Shown: piece by piece, positions 48,018-58,931 of the stretch
Layout of the letters: the number at the start of each line of letters is the position of its first letter
Numbering within the stretch: position 1 is the first letter of the stretch
From: Candidatus Dadabacteria bacterium
GTDB lineage: Bacteria > Desulfobacterota_D > UBA1144 > Nemesobacterales > Nemesobacteraceae
Assembly (NCBI GenBank): GCA_022827275.1
Contig: JAJDTG010000010.1
Coordinates: 22,968 to 86,967 of the forward strand
Length of the DNA: 64,000 bases
Direction of reading: 5' to 3'
Notes under the pieces: generated by a model
Seen by the model: only the letters and a program-made list of their open reading frames with translations
What the model was told of the DNA's origin: nothing
Database searches by the model: none
Translations under genes and position numbers: made by a program

Positions 48018-48908
48018 TTGAGTCAGAAGAAGCGAACGAGAAAAAGACAATCTACGGCAAAAACCGCCGATAAAAAACGCACGACAAGACTTACCCATGC
48101 AGTTCTGGTCCTAATTTTCTTTTTTGCCTTTTCGATTTTCGGCCTCAAGCATATCGAAAGATTTCTTGACGGATGGTCACCCCGAGAGGCTACGCCTACT
48201 GCTGCGGATAAGGTTGCGGAGAAAAAGCCCCGGCGTCCGGGAGTTATTCTCATAATAGATGATTTGGGCTATGACAAGGAGTCGATTGACCGGATACTCA
48301 GGATCGAACAACCGCTTAATTTAGCGGTGCTTCCCCATCTTCCCCACTCCCTGTACGCTGCGCGCGCCGCTTACCGCGGTGGGAAGGACGTGATTCTCCA
48401 TCTCCCCATGGAACCCAAGTATTCTTCTGGTTATACGGCCGATGACGCCGGAGAAGGAGTCTTGTTGCTCGGTTTCTCCATGGACCAGATGAGGGAGGAG
48501 CTCAGAAGAAACATCATGGCCGTTCCCAACATAGTCGGAGTCAACAACCATATGGGCTCCAAGTTCATGGAGAATGAAGAGACGGTAAAAACGATCATGC
48601 GGGAACTCAAGGCCAGAAACCTTTATTTTGTTGACAGCCTTACGACTCCCAACTCCCGTGGATACAGCGTGGCGAGGCAGCTTGGGGTAAAAGTGCTTAA
48701 AAGAGATGTTTTTATTGACCAGAGCGAGCGGGGCAAGGAATATACTAAAGGGCAGCTTGACCAGCTGGTAAGGATCGCTGAGAAAAACGGTATAGCGGTA
48801 GGTATAGGCCATCCTTACCCGCAGACAATAGATGCTCTTGTGGAATATGTGCCCAAGATTGAGAAAAAGGTTGAATTTATGAAAATCTCGGCGACCGTTT
48901 TGAACTGA
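48018..48908 (+). CDS. divergent polysaccharide deacetylase (YibQ-like) family protein
   Basis: VILIIDDLGYD ... LAVLPHLPHS motifs of YibQ/DUF610. Confidence 0.65.
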   Translation: MSQKKRTRKRQSTAKTADKKRTTRLTHAVLVLIFFFAFSIFGLKHIERFLDGWSPREATPTAADKVAEKKPRRPGVILIIDDLGYDKESIDRILRIEQPLNLAVLPHLPHSLYAARAAYRGGKDVILHLPMEPKYSSGYTADDAGEGVLLLGFSMDQMREELRRNIMAVPNIVGVNNHMGSKFMENEETVKTIMRELKARNLYFVDSLTTPNSRGYSVARQLGVKVLKRDVFIDQSERGKEYTKGQLDQLVRIAEKNGIAVGIGHPYPQTIDALVEYVPKIEKKVEFMKISATVLN

Positions 48909-48944
48909 AACGATTGCGGAGAAATCACCTGAAAGAGGATTGTC

Positions 48945-49133
48945 ATGGGACTTGTGGATGAAATCAGAGACAGGCGGGATTCTTGGAGCCGGAGGCTGGA
49001 AGAGCAGAGAGCTTCCCAAGAGCCCTACGACCATGAATTTGAGAAGCAAAACGCCCTCAGAATCGAAGAAGAGATAAAAAAGAACCGGGAGATGGTTGGA
49101 AAATTCCCGCTTCTGGAAGAACAATCGAAATAG
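48945..49133 (+). CDS. hypothetical small charged protein
   Basis: 62-aa ORF, no motif; low support. Confidence 0.25.
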   Translation: MGLVDEIRDRRDSWSRRLEEQRASQEPYDHEFEKQNALRIEEEIKKNREMVGKFPLLEEQSK

Positions 49134-49161
49134 TGGCGGGAGAGAGCGGTCGGCGGGTGAT

Positions 49162-49190
49162 TTGACAACGTTTTTTTTATCCTTTAGGAT
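49162..49190 (+). promoter_or_regulatory. sigma70-like promoter for rpsU-dnaG-rpoD operon
   Basis: TTGACA - 17 nt - TAGGAT, about 35 nt upstream of rpsU. Confidence 0.5.
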
Positions 49191-49223
49191 TTTCAGCCCC
49201 ATGAGGATGGAGGTTTTGATTTT

Positions 49224-49412
49224 TTGCCAGGAATAACAGTAGGTAGCAGCGAAAGCATTGACAGCGCTTTAAAAAGGTTTAAGAAACAGGTTGAGAAGGG
49301 TGGGGTTCTCTCTGAAGTAAGGAAGAGAGAATACTACGAAAAACCGAGCGAAAAGAAAAAAAAGAAGCTGTTTGCCGCCAAAAAGCGCAGTTCAAGCAGG
49401 AAGAGAAGATAA
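49224..49412 (+). CDS. rpsU: 30S ribosomal protein S21
   Basis: [48 protein letters not shown]. Confidence 0.9.
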   Translation: MPGITVGSSESIDSALKRFKKQVEKGGVLSEVRKREYYEKPSEKKKKKLFAAKKRSSSRKRR

Positions 49413-49480
49413 GCCGTCTCAATTTGCGCGGTTTTCACCGGAAGTTGTTTCTGAAGGCCCCACCGATTAAGTCGCTTTGA

Positions 49481-51274
49481 ATGAAGAACTATTCTTCCAA
49501 ATCAGCGATAGCGGATATAAAGGCAAAGCTCAGCATAGTAGATGTCATACAGGGCTTTGTCTCCCTTAAAAAATCCGGAAAAAACTATATCGGGCTCTGC
49601 CCGTTCCACGACGACAACAACCCTTCCATGCAGGTAAATGATGAGAAGGGCTTTTTCCATTGTTTCAGTTGCGGAGCCGGAGGAGATGTATTCGGCTTCC
49701 TGATGAGATACAGCAATATAGGTTTCCCCGAAGCCTTAAAAGAACTTGCCAAGAAAGCCGGAGTCAGGCTTCCGGCCTCGCGTCCGCCCACCAAAAGTGA
49801 GAAGAAAAAAGAGGCCGCTTCGGCGAGGTTTTTTAAGATAAATTCTCTTGTCTCTTCATTTTACAGCCGGAACCTCCTTGGTTCGGGAAAAAACTCCGCG
49901 CAAGCCAGGCAGTACCTAGAATCGAGGGGAATCAGCTCGGAGGTAATCGAGGAATTCAAGCTCGGCTTTGCTCCCGACAGCTGGGACGCTGTCATAAAAT
50001 TTGCTTCCAAAAATAATATCGGTGTCAAGGAACTTGAAGAACTTGGCCTTGTTGTTGCGAGGGAGAGCGGGAGCGGGCACTATGACCGGTTCCGAGGCAG
50101 GATTATTTTTCCAATAAACGAGATAACAGGACGAATTTGCGGTTTCGGCGGCAGAACCCTGAGCGAAGACGAATCCAAACAGCCGAAATACATGAATTCC
50201 CCCGAATCCCCGATTTTTGACAAAAGGAGCATTCTCTACGGGCTCTACAACTCGAAAAGCGAAATCGGAAGAGAACAGAAAGCCGTTTTGGTTGAAGGCT
50301 ACATGGACTTCATAAAGCTCTATGCAAATGGAATACGCAATGTGGTTGCCACCTTGGGAACAGCCTTTACGAATGAGCACGCCAGGCTTCTGCGACGTTT
50401 CTGTGAGGAGGTAGTGATTGTCTACGATGGCGATACCGCTGGGGTGCGTTCCGCCGTCCGGGCCGGGGAGATTCTTCTTGAGCAGGGGATTTCTTCAAGT
50501 ATTTGCCGTATCCCCGACGGCCTCGACCCCGATGATTACCTGGAGGAGCACGGACCTGAGAGCCTCGCCGAACTGATAGCGGACGCCGTCGATGTCTCAG
50601 ATTTTATTATTGATGACACTTTCGCAAGGTACAAGGAGAAGAAAATGTCTTCAGGAGAGTCAGTAAGATTTCTTGCGGACTTGGTTTCAAAAATAAAAGA
50701 CCCGGTTCGAAGGGCTGAAGCTGTTTCCAAGGCAACGGGGATCTTCGGGATAAGAGAGTCTGAATTTCTCTCTCTGGTAAAGACCTCGAATCCGGGAAGG
50801 AACCGCGGGTCACTTGCGCCGATGACCTTGGTTCCGGAAAAAAACATTCATGAGAGAGAAATTGTTAGAATACTGCTTAAATTCCCCCAGCTGATGAGTG
50901 CCGAAAAGATTGAAAATGTCGACAGGCATTTTGAAAATGGCGATTTAAAGGTTATTCTCAAACATGTGGGTGAAGGGGGGTTTACCGAAGTTTCCTCCCT
51001 GATGAGTTCTTTTGAGAAAATCGAGATGCAGCAACTGCTGAGCGAGTTAATTTTTTCTTCGGATGATTTGATAGACGAGACGACTTCGGAGAAAATACTA
51101 AACGATTGCGTGAAAGAGCTTGAACTGAAAAATATAGCTTTTAAGCGCAATGAAGTAATAGAGAGGATCCGCAAGCAGCGCGACTCTTTGGATAAGACCC
51201 TTGAAAGAAAACTTGTTGAGCAATACAGGGATTTGGTGAGCATGGAAAAGACCATAAGAGGAACTGCAAGTTGA
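49481..51274 (+). CDS. dnaG: DNA primase
   Basis: Zinc ribbon [13 protein letters not shown]...[16 protein letters not shown] domain (EGYMD). Confidence 0.9.
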   Translation: MKNYSSKSAIADIKAKLSIVDVIQGFVSLKKSGKNYIGLCPFHDDNNPSMQVNDEKGFFHCFSCGAGGDVFGFLMRYSNIGFPEALKELAKKAGVRLPASRPPTKSEKKKEAASARFFKINSLVSSFYSRNLLGSGKNSAQARQYLESRGISSEVIEEFKLGFAPDSWDAVIKFASKNNIGVKELEELGLVVARESGSGHYDRFRGRIIFPINEITGRICGFGGRTLSEDESKQPKYMNSPESPIFDKRSILYGLYNSKSEIGREQKAVLVEGYMDFIKLYANGIRNVVATLGTAFTNEHARLLRRFCEEVVIVYDGDTAGVRSAVRAGEILLEQGISSSICRIPDGLDPDDYLEEHGPESLAELIADAVDVSDFIIDDTFARYKEKKMSSGESVRFLADLVSKIKDPVRRAEAVSKATGIFGIRESEFLSLVKTSNPGRNRGSLAPMTLVPEKNIHEREIVRILLKFPQLMSAEKIENVDRHFENGDLKVILKHVGEGGFTEVSSLMSSFEKIEMQQLLSELIFSSDDLIDETTSEKILNDCVKELELKNIAFKRNEVIERIRKQRDSLDKTLERKLVEQYRDLVSMEKTIRGTAS

Positions 51275-52764
51275 ACCCGAAGGACGATACTAACGGGTTG
51301 GGGAGCGAAATCGACGTGCAGGATGAAGGGGGGTTTTCTGAGTCCGCACAGGGTTTTCAAAATACCCCGTCTGATTCCCCAGCGGAAGGCAAGCTCAAAC
51401 ACGTAAAGAATCATGATTCCGACCAAGACCCGATAAGGTCGTACATTCTCGCTATTGCGCAGCACTCCCTCCTTTCCAAAGAGGAGGAGGTTGAGATAGC
51501 AAGGCAGATTGAAAAAGGTAAAAAAATAATCGCGAGAATGATAATAGAGAACCCCTTCATGATGAAAAAGGTTCTCAAGCTTGAAGAAGAGGTAAAAGAA
51601 GGGGCGCTCGGTGCGGGCGACAGTTCCTACCAAGGCAGTTACACAGGATCCTCCGCTGACGGCGAAACATATAGAAGTTCCGCGAAGAACTTTCTTCCGA
51701 TCAGAGAACTTTTTGCTGAGACCAAAGAACTGAGGAAAAAACTCAATGCTCCAGAGCTCTCAGATAGCGAAAGAGCGAAGATCTCTAAACAAATCAGGAA
51801 GAATAACGAGCGGACCGTAGAACTTCTTGACGAAATCGATTTTTCCTCTACGCAGGCTAACAGGATATACAAGCTGGCCGTCGAATATGTGGACAGGGTT
51901 GAGGGCGGGGATTGCGACTGTATGATGGATGGTTCGGACGATTCGATTGGTAATGGTTCGAAATCTGAATACTCTGAGGAGGAAATCGCCTCTCTTAAAA
52001 GGGTCCTTGGAAGGTTTGAAAAAGCAAAGAAGGCTACTAAAAAAGCTAGGAAAAAACTTATTGAGTGCAACCTTAGACTTGTAGTCAGCATAGCGAGAAA
52101 ATACGTTAACAGAGGGTTGCCGTTTCTCGATCTGGTTCAAGAAGGCAATATGGGGTTGATGAAAGCGGTCGAAAAGTTCGAACATGGAATGGGATACAAA
52201 TTTTCAACCTGCGCCACATGGTGGATAAAGCAGGCAATCACGCGCGCAATAGCCGATCAGGGAAGTCTTATAAGAATTCCTGTTCACATGACCGAAAATA
52301 TAAACAGGCTAAACAAAATCTCGAGATCCCTGATGCAGAAACTAGGGAGGGACCCCAGGCCGGAAGAGATAGCCGAGGCCATGGACATACCTCTTGATAA
52401 GGTCTTGAAGATCATGAAGGTGTCACGTGACCCGATCTCTCTGGAGTCCCCGATTGGTGAGGACGACTGCAGGCTGATGGATATTATCTCGGACCCGGCT
52501 TCTACTTCTCCGCTTGACACGCTCGAAACCAAAGAATTGAACCGGATCATGCGTAATGCGCTCTGCACCAACCTCAGTAACGGGGAGGAAGGAGTCGTTA
52601 AAATGCGTTTCGGTATAGATGAAGACAAGGAATACACACTTGAAGAAATAGGGAAAAAATTAAACGTTACCCGCGAGAGAATAAGACAGATCGAGGTAAA
52701 GGCCATTAAGAAACTTAAAAGATTCGGAAGAGCTCTCCCAATGCGGGGTTTTAACTCTGATTGA
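51271..52764 (+). CDS. rpoD: RNA polymerase sigma factor RpoD (sigma-70)
   Basis: Regions 1.2-4 conserved (YLREIG-like, [18 protein letters not shown], region 4 HTH). Confidence 0.9.
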   Translation: MNPKDDTNGLGSEIDVQDEGGFSESAQGFQNTPSDSPAEGKLKHVKNHDSDQDPIRSYILAIAQHSLLSKEEEVEIARQIEKGKKIIARMIIENPFMMKKVLKLEEEVKEGALGAGDSSYQGSYTGSSADGETYRSSAKNFLPIRELFAETKELRKKLNAPELSDSERAKISKQIRKNNERTVELLDEIDFSSTQANRIYKLAVEYVDRVEGGDCDCMMDGSDDSIGNGSKSEYSEEEIASLKRVLGRFEKAKKATKKARKKLIECNLRLVVSIARKYVNRGLPFLDLVQEGNMGLMKAVEKFEHGMGYKFSTCATWWIKQAITRAIADQGSLIRIPVHMTENINRLNKISRSLMQKLGRDPRPEEIAEAMDIPLDKVLKIMKVSRDPISLESPIGEDDCRLMDIISDPASTSPLDTLETKELNRIMRNALCTNLSNGEEGVVKMRFGIDEDKEYTLEEIGKKLNVTRERIRQIEVKAIKKLKRFGRALPMRGFNSD

Positions 52765-52773
52765 TATCCTGGC

Positions 52774-52801
52774 TTGACATTATTCTTTTCAATGGTACTT
52801 T
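52774..52801 (+). promoter_or_regulatory. candidate promoter for 5S rRNA gene
   Basis: TTGACA - 16 nt - TGgTACTTT (extended -10), about 10 nt upstream of 5S start. Confidence 0.45.
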
Positions 52802-52810
52802 CTTCTTTCT

Positions 52811-52923
52811 AGGGTGGCTATGCTGAAGGGGAAGCACCCGGTCCCATCCCGAACCCGGAAGTTAAGTCCTTATAGGCCGATGATACTGCTCCTTTCAGGA
52901 GTGGGAAAGTAGGTGGCTGCCCT
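52811..52923 (+). rRNA. rrf: 5S ribosomal RNA (stand-alone)
   Basis: GGGUGGC...CCCGGUCCCAUCCCGAACCCGGAAGUUAAG...GCCGAUGAUACUG...GGGAAAGUAGGUGGCUGCCC matches universal 5S loop B/C/E and helix I; followed by T-rich tract. Confidence 0.8.
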
Positions 52924-52964
52924 TTTTTTTCTTTCCTTGCTTTCTCAACTTTCCGGTGCCTGCG

Positions 52965-53567
52965 ATGTCAAAGACTAACATTGCCGTGTTTGTTTCCGGA
53001 AGCGGAACAAATCTTCAGGCAATTATAGATTCCGGCATAGAATCCGCAAACATAGCCGTGGTTGTTTGTGATATTCCTGGAGTCATGGCAATTGAGAGGG
53101 CTAGGAAACACGGTATTCCTGTAGAACTCGTAAACAGCGGGGATTTTGAATCAAGGGAAGAGTTCGAAAGACAGATAGTCGCGAAAATCGACGGATATGA
53201 CATAGACCTTGTCGTACTTGCCGGGTTTATGAGAATACTTACTCCTTATTTCATAGGCTGTTTCTCGAACCGTATCATCAATATTCACCCTTCTTTGCTA
53301 CCTTCTTTTCCGGGAACAAATTCAGTAAGGCAGGCACTTGACTACGGAGTGAAAAAGACGGGTTGTACCGTCCACTTCGTTAGAGAGGAGGTTGACGCGG
53401 GTCCGATTATTCTTCAGGCAGTTGTTCCGATTACGGAGGAAGATACTGAAGAGACTCTGCTTGAAAAAATCCATACTGAGGAATACAGGATACTGCCTGA
53501 AGCCATAAGGCTTTTCTGCGAGGGGAAATTGACTCTCAGTGGAAGAAGAGTCCTGATTTCCTCCTGA
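52965..53567 (+). CDS. purN: phosphoribosylglycinamide formyltransferase
   Basis: IAVFVSGSGTNLQAIID ... NIHPSLLP. Confidence 0.85.
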   Translation: MSKTNIAVFVSGSGTNLQAIIDSGIESANIAVVVCDIPGVMAIERARKHGIPVELVNSGDFESREEFERQIVAKIDGYDIDLVVLAGFMRILTPYFIGCFSNRIINIHPSLLPSFPGTNSVRQALDYGVKKTGCTVHFVREEVDAGPIILQAVVPITEEDTEETLLEKIHTEEYRILPEAIRLFCEGKLTLSGRRVLISS

Positions 53568-53581
53568 GGTCCGAGAAATTC

Positions 53582-54601
53582 CTAAATGGTTCTTCCAATG
53601 GCTTCGGCAACGGGGGCAGCTTTCTCCATCAGGCTTTTGAATGTTTTCGGCTTTAACGACTGAGCTCCGTCACTGACGGCGATCTCCGGGTTGTTGTGAA
53701 CCTCGACTATTACTCCGTCTGCTCCGGCGGCTATTGAAGCCAAAGTTACTGGGATTACGTACTGCCAATAGCCGGTTCCATGGCTAGGGTCGGCGAAGAC
53801 GGGCAGATGGGTTTTTTCCTTGAGCACGGGAATGGCGTTTAGGTCGAAAGTGTTTCTGGTCGCAGTCTCAAAGGTTCTTATCCCCCGTTCACAGAGTATT
53901 ACATTACTGTTGCCCTCAGACAGTATATATTCTGCGCACATGAGAAATTCGTTTATCGTCGTTGACATCCCCCGTTTTAACAAGACGGCCTTTTTTGATT
54001 TGCCGACATGTCTTAAAAGCGAGTAGTTTTGGGAATTTCTGGCTCCGATCTGAAGCACATCCGCGTATTCCTCGACCAGCTCAAGATCGTCCGGGCTCAT
54101 TATCTCGGTTACTATGGGCAGTCCGGTTATTTCTTTTGCCCTGACGAGAAGTTCCAGTCCCTCTTTTCCAAGACCCTGGAAAGCATAGGGGGAGGTTCTA
54201 GGCTTAAACGCGCCGCCTCTGAGCATTGACGCGCCTGAGTCTTTTATGGAAGTTGCAATTGTCATTATCTGTTCTTCGCTTTCAACCGAGCACGGTCCTG
54301 CGATTATGGGGATATTTCTGTCCCCTACCGCAACGCCGTCCACATTGAAAACGGAGGTTTCATCGTTTACTTCCCTGCTCGTTAGCTTGTAGGGCTGAAG
54401 CACGGGAACGACCTTTTCAACTCCCTGGAGCTGTTTGAGGACGTCGAGGTCATGCGGCTTTCCTCTCTCGTCTCCGACCACTCCGATGACAGTCCTGAGA
54501 ATTCCTTCGATCGGATGCGGCGAATAGCCAAGCTCCTTTATAATGGATTTGACCTTGTCTATCTCTTTCTTGGTCGCCTTTGGCTTCATTACTACTATCA
54601 T
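53582..54601 (-). CDS. aroF: 3-deoxy-7-phosphoheptulonate (DAHP) synthase, type I-beta with N-terminal regulatory domain
   Basis: KDO8P/DAHP synthase (beta/alpha)8 core (IAGPCSVES) with about 70-aa N-terminal ferredoxin-like extension. Confidence 0.8.
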   Translation of the reverse strand: MIVVMKPKATKKEIDKVKSIIKELGYSPHPIEGILRTVIGVVGDERGKPHDLDVLKQLQGVEKVVPVLQPYKLTSREVNDETSVFNVDGVAVGDRNIPIIAGPCSVESEEQIMTIATSIKDSGASMLRGGAFKPRTSPYAFQGLGKEGLELLVRAKEITGLPIVTEIMSPDDLELVEEYADVLQIGARNSQNYSLLRHVGKSKKAVLLKRGMSTTINEFLMCAEYILSEGNSNVILCERGIRTFETATRNTFDLNAIPVLKEKTHLPVFADPSHGTGYWQYVIPVTLASIAAGADGVIVEVHNNPEIAVSDGAQSLKPKTFKSLMEKAAPVAEAIGRTI

Positions 54602-54705
54602 TTAAAAAACCTCCATATTTTGTGCGGAACGGACAAACTTAATACATAGAACATTCTTAATGTCAATTATAATCTCTTTATATATCGACATATTGAACTT
54701 GTTTA

Positions 54706-55314
54706 CTAGGAAAGATTTAGAAAAACGGCACTGAATATCTCTTGCGAGGCTTCCCTGAAATGCTTTTCGAATTTCGTTTCAGTTTCTCTTCTTCGGGCCT
54801 CAACGAAACCGGGTGGAGGGTGTACGGGGCGGAACAAGCGACTTCTTTGGAATTCGGACACTATCTGCTCAATGTAGCTCAACTGATCGGTCTTTATTAC
54901 GGTTCTCCCGCTTTTTGTAAGCACTTTTGCTAGGCAGCTTATGAATTCCCGGTTGAACATTCTGTGTTTTGAATGTCTTTTCTTCGGCCAGGGATCGGGG
55001 AAGTTCACCAGTACAAGATCAAACATTCTTTCTCTGAAGACCTGTCTGAGCGCGATTTCAGCTTCAATATGGAGGAATTTCAAGTTTTCCAGGGAGAGCT
55101 TTTCCGCGGCACGCACCGCTTTTCGGAACCTTCCTCTCTTTATCTCAAGACCAAAATAGTTTCTGCTTGCGTCGCATTGCGCTGCGTTTATGAGAAATTC
55201 TCCCTCCCCAAAGCCAATTTCAAGTACCAGGGGTTTTCTGTTACAGAAGATGTCTTTTTTGCCGATGGGAAGCGAAAACAAAGAGATGTCTACCGTGGGG
55301 TCGGTTAACTTCAT
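54706..55314 (-). CDS. trmB: tRNA (guanine46-N7)-methyltransferase
   Basis: LVLEIGFGEGEF SAM motif, FPDPWPKKRHSKHR. Confidence 0.85.
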   Translation of the reverse strand: MKLTDPTVDISLFSLPIGKKDIFCNRKPLVLEIGFGEGEFLINAAQCDASRNYFGLEIKRGRFRKAVRAAEKLSLENLKFLHIEAEIALRQVFRERMFDLVLVNFPDPWPKKRHSKHRMFNREFISCLAKVLTKSGRTVIKTDQLSYIEQIVSEFQRSRLFRPVHPPPGFVEARRRETETKFEKHFREASQEIFSAVFLNLS

Positions 55315-55322
55315 TTTCCGTG

Positions 55323-56423
55323 TCAGGATTTAAAAGCGGAAATTATGGTCTGCTCCCCGATCTTTATTCCGTAATCTCCCCCCTGATCTTTCATTTTGCC
55401 TATGCACTCGGGAAGCGACATTTCTATCTTGCCTTTTCTGGCTTTTTTGTCGATCTTCATGACGTCGATTATTTTCCCGACGTTTACCCCGCGTGGGGGC
55501 TCAGTGGGGAGTCCTGCCCTCTCCAGAAGAAGGGTGAGCCTGCCCTGATCTTCCTTGCTCCACCCTGTTTCACCCAAGGCTATCTTTCCCTCAATTACCA
55601 TTCCCGAGGAAATTGCTTCTCCGTGGGAGATTGTATAGTTGGAGAGCTGTTCGATTGCGTGACCGGCCGTGTGCCCGAAATTAAGGATTTTCCGCAGGTT
55701 CTGCTCCTTTTCGTCTTGCTCAACCACTTCCGCCTTGATCCTGCAGCTTGTCTCTATCACATCAAGCAGCGCTGCGTCGTCGAATTCGTAGATTTTCTCG
55801 ATATTTGCTTCTAGGTACTGGAAGAAATCCTCATTCTTTATTACACCGTATTTGATTATCTCGGCGAGTCCCTCCGCGACCTGCTTCGGTTCGAGGGTTT
55901 TAAGCGTGTCTGTGTCAACATACACTCGCCATGGCTGATAGAAGGCGCCAATGAGGTTTTTTCCGTGAGGGGTGTCTACAGCAGTTTTTCCTCCCACCGA
56001 ACTGTCAACGCAGGCAACTAGGCTTGTGGGCACCTGAATGCAGGGGACTCCCCTCATGTAAGTGGCTGCCACGAATCCTGCTATGTCTCCAACGACCCCC
56101 CCGCCGAGTGCTATGACCGAAGAGTCCCTGCCGAATCCCGATTCGAGCATCCTGTCTTCTATGAAGGACTTGATTTCTCTGGTTTTGCTTTGTTCTCCCG
56201 CCGGGAAGACAACCATACTGACTTCAGGGAGTGCTTTCTCAAGATCGCTCAGAAGTTTCGCTCCATAGAGATCCGCCACGTTTGAATCGGTTACCAAGGC
56301 GTAGGAGTGAGCTATGGAGGCCTCGGCCAGATCGCCGGCAACTTGGCTCACAAGACCTTGGCCGATCAGGATTTCATAGGAATTATCTTCGTTTGAGCTG
56401 ACTTTGACTGCTATCTTCTTCAA
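55323..56423 (-). CDS. aroB: 3-dehydroquinate synthase
   Basis: Gly-rich NAD motif GGGVVGDIAGF, metal-binding His residues. Confidence 0.85.
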   Translation of the reverse strand: MKKIAVKVSSNEDNSYEILIGQGLVSQVAGDLAEASIAHSYALVTDSNVADLYGAKLLSDLEKALPEVSMVVFPAGEQSKTREIKSFIEDRMLESGFGRDSSVIALGGGVVGDIAGFVAATYMRGVPCIQVPTSLVACVDSSVGGKTAVDTPHGKNLIGAFYQPWRVYVDTDTLKTLEPKQVAEGLAEIIKYGVIKNEDFFQYLEANIEKIYEFDDAALLDVIETSCRIKAEVVEQDEKEQNLRKILNFGHTAGHAIEQLSNYTISHGEAISSGMVIEGKIALGETGWSKEDQGRLTLLLERAGLPTEPPRGVNVGKIIDVMKIDKKARKGKIEMSLPECIGKMKDQGGDYGIKIGEQTIISAFKS

Positions 56424-56426
56424 TCT

Positions 56427-56990
56427 TTACCCCGGCATTTTAAGTAGGGACCAGACCGGGTGGGGGGAAAGAGTATCGGCTCCCTTGAGCCCGGTAAGTT
56501 CCATAAGGAAAAGGTATCCTACGACGCTTCCTCCCAGCTTTTCCACCAAACGTCCGGCGCTGTGAGCAGTTCCCCCTGTGGCTAGAAGATCGTCGACGAT
56601 TACTGCCCTGCTTTTGCCGTTTATTGCGTCTTTGTGAATTTCCAGAATGTCGTTTCCATACTCAAGATCATATGAAACGCTTGCGGTGTCGCTTGGCAGC
56701 TTGCCGGGTTTCCTCACCAGGATCAATTCTTTTTCAAGCTTATAGGACAAGGCGGCGGCGAATATGAACCCCCGGCTCTCGGGTGCGACAAGCGAGGTTA
56801 TTTCTTTGCCGGCGAGCATTTCCGCCATCATGTCAACGGATTTTTGAAAAGCTCCGGCGTTTTTGACAAGCGTGGTTATATCGTAGAAAAGTATTCCCTT
56901 GCTCGGAAAATCAGGAATGCGTCTTATTTGGTTTTCGATCTCTTCCAACACCATTTCCTTTTCAGCTCGCTTGCTCGGGGATGTTTTCAT
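56427..56990 (-). CDS. apt: adenine phosphoribosyltransferase
   Basis: PRPP-binding VIVDDLLATGGT. Confidence 0.85.
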   Translation of the reverse strand: MKTSPSKRAEKEMVLEEIENQIRRIPDFPSKGILFYDITTLVKNAGAFQKSVDMMAEMLAGKEITSLVAPESRGFIFAAALSYKLEKELILVRKPGKLPSDTASVSYDLEYGNDILEIHKDAINGKSRAVIVDDLLATGGTAHSAGRLVEKLGGSVVGYLFLMELTGLKGADTLSPHPVWSLLKMPG

Positions 56991-57457
56991 CGGGTTTTTT
57001 TCCTGAGGGAGGATAGTTCAAAGGCTGTTCTCACTGCTTCTTCCGGGGTTTTGCATTTGATAATTTCCTCAGAGACATCCCAGGTGTCAAGCCCAATGAC
57101 GGGAATTCCGGACTTAAGCGCGAACGATATTTCCGACAGAGTGCCGAAACTGCCTCCAATAGCGATTATACAATGGCTTGACTTCGCTACTACCACGTTT
57201 CTTGCTTCACCCATTCCCGTAACTATGGGGATGTCAATGAATCTGTTGGCGGAGGAGGACTCAGGTCCGGGGAGAATCCCGATTGTGGTGCCCCCGGCTG
57301 ATTTTGCTCCCTGGCATGCAGCTTCCATAACTCCGCCCATTCCACCACAGAGCAGAAGACACTTCCTCCCGGCAATAAGAACTCCCACTTCTTCCGAAGT
57401 CCTTTTTTCCTTCTCGCTTGCATTAGCCGCTCCGATTACTCCTATGATCGTTTCCAT
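56987..57457 (-). CDS. TIGR00725-family Rossmann-fold protein (LOG/DprA-like)
   Basis: IIGVIGAAN...LLCGGMGGVMEAA...IAIGGSFGTLSE pattern of LOG/TIGR00725 family. Confidence 0.6.
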   Translation of the reverse strand: METIIGVIGAANASEKEKRTSEEVGVLIAGRKCLLLCGGMGGVMEAACQGAKSAGGTTIGILPGPESSSANRFIDIPIVTGMGEARNVVVAKSSHCIIAIGGSFGTLSEISFALKSGIPVIGLDTWDVSEEIIKCKTPEEAVRTAFELSSLRKKTR

Positions 57458-57562
57458 TAAAATTTCACTGGGTTGCGTTTAACAAGCTTGTATAAAACGG
57501 TTAGAATCACAATTCCCAAAGTATACCACGGGTTTAAGCGATTTATATCACGGGAAAACCTT

Positions 57563-58183
57563 ATGTATTGTGCGAGAATCTGGCTTACGCTTATTTTTTC
57601 AGTTTGCTTCCTCTTTCCCTTTCCTCTTGAGGGGAGCCAGGTGAATCTTAGGATCCCCCACGGTTTTGAATTCGGAATTTCTAGGGAAGACGCACTTAAC
57701 ATGATTGAGTCTTCTAGACTTGAGGTTATTTCTGATCGCGAATACTCAAACGATCTACGAAAAGTCGTTCTGGGCGGTTCCTTGTCCGGGGTTACTTTTG
57801 ACCCGCCGCCCGACCATGAAACCCGGCTTGAATTTTATAAAGACAATCTTATGTCAAGTTCCATCTTATTCAGTTTTGAGGATGAGACCCGTTTTACGTT
57901 CGCAAAAAGCGAACTTGTCGGTGATCTCGCTAATGTTCTCGGTGACACTTTCGAGCGGGAGAAAATGTTTTCTTACGAAGTTCTGTCGTGGAATCTTCCG
58001 GACACAGTAGTACTTGCAAGTCTGAACTCTAAGAAAAGAACAATAGAAATTGAATATATTCATAAAGCTGTTCTGGAGAGAAAGACGGCGAAGGACCTGC
58101 GCCGCAAACGCAGGGAGGACCCGGGAGACCCTGCCAGGCAGATGTTTGTTGATGGCAACTTTTCAGCGCAGGAAAAGCGCTAA
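57563..58183 (+). CDS. hypothetical secreted protein
   Basis: Start taken at MYCARIWLTLIFSVCFLFPFP (signal peptide); no family recognised. Confidence 0.4.
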   Translation: MYCARIWLTLIFSVCFLFPFPLEGSQVNLRIPHGFEFGISREDALNMIESSRLEVISDREYSNDLRKVVLGGSLSGVTFDPPPDHETRLEFYKDNLMSSSILFSFEDETRFTFAKSELVGDLANVLGDTFEREKMFSYEVLSWNLPDTVVLASLNSKKRTIEIEYIHKAVLERKTAKDLRRKRREDPGDPARQMFVDGNFSAQEKR

Positions 58184-58323
58184 TCCCCGAAAACAATGGT
58201 TCCTCTCTTGGATCTTGCGACCTGCCGCAAATAAAAAAAGCCGGATTGGGAGAGTTTGAGGGCGTTTCTAAACTGACACAGCACGGGAAAGCGAAGCGGC
58301 ACCCCTGTTTTTATCTCTGCACT

Positions 58324-58644
58324 TTACGAAGGTCTTCCGTAAAGATTCAGAAGCGTTCCTATGTGAAAAGCCAAGGCTACGTATATACCGCAGAGAAAAA
58401 GCTTCTGATAACTGGCAAGGTACTTGTTTACCAGGAATATAAGCGAGATAAGCAAAAGAAACCACCCTATGGTTTCTAAGATTAGATGTGCGAGTCTCTG
58501 TACCGGCACTTCGGAACTTCCGCTGGCTCTTAATCTGAAAACCTCCGGCAACTGCATGAAGACGAGGGAGAAAAAAGTCCCCAATATATATGTACCGGCG
58601 AAAAATCCGAGAAGAACAAACAGAATGAGCAGCAAAAGTTCCAT
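58324..58644 (-). CDS. hypothetical small membrane protein
   Basis: 106-aa, three hydrophobic helices. Confidence 0.35.
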   Translation of the reverse strand: MELLLLILFVLLGFFAGTYILGTFFSLVFMQLPEVFRLRASGSSEVPVQRLAHLILETIGWFLLLISLIFLVNKYLASYQKLFLCGIYVALAFHIGTLLNLYGRPS

Positions 58645-58881
58645 GATTAAATGACCTCGGTAAAAATAATATCATATTGCCGTATTATTATGTATAAGCG
58701 GTCTTGTTTTTTTGTCGCCATGCATGCGAATTGTTGTTCTTTAGGCGGTGTGGGTACTGCAACTTTGTCAATTGTCCCTTAGCCTGGAATTTTTCTGCAT
58801 GTGATTTTACGTGCACGGCGGGTTAAGTTGATTTTTGTACAGCTAAAGTGGCTACGCCTGTTTTTAGCTCGCCGGGTTTTT

Positions 58882-58919
58882 TCAGTTTGTCCTTGTTAAA
58901 ATCAGTTTGTCCTTGTTAA
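58882..58919. repeat. tandem direct repeat 2 x tcagtttgtccttgttaa (period 20) upstream of Omp85 gene
   Basis: Copies at 58882-58899 and 58902-58919, 13-30 nt upstream of ATG 58932. Confidence 0.7.
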
Positions 58920-58931
58920 CATTAATAGAAT

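Noticed and set aside
58184-58323. Possible terminator after the 57563..58183 gene (ccgcaaataaaaaaagccgg / gcggcacccctgttttta)
   Set aside because: Stems are short and imperfect. It could not be supported confidently.
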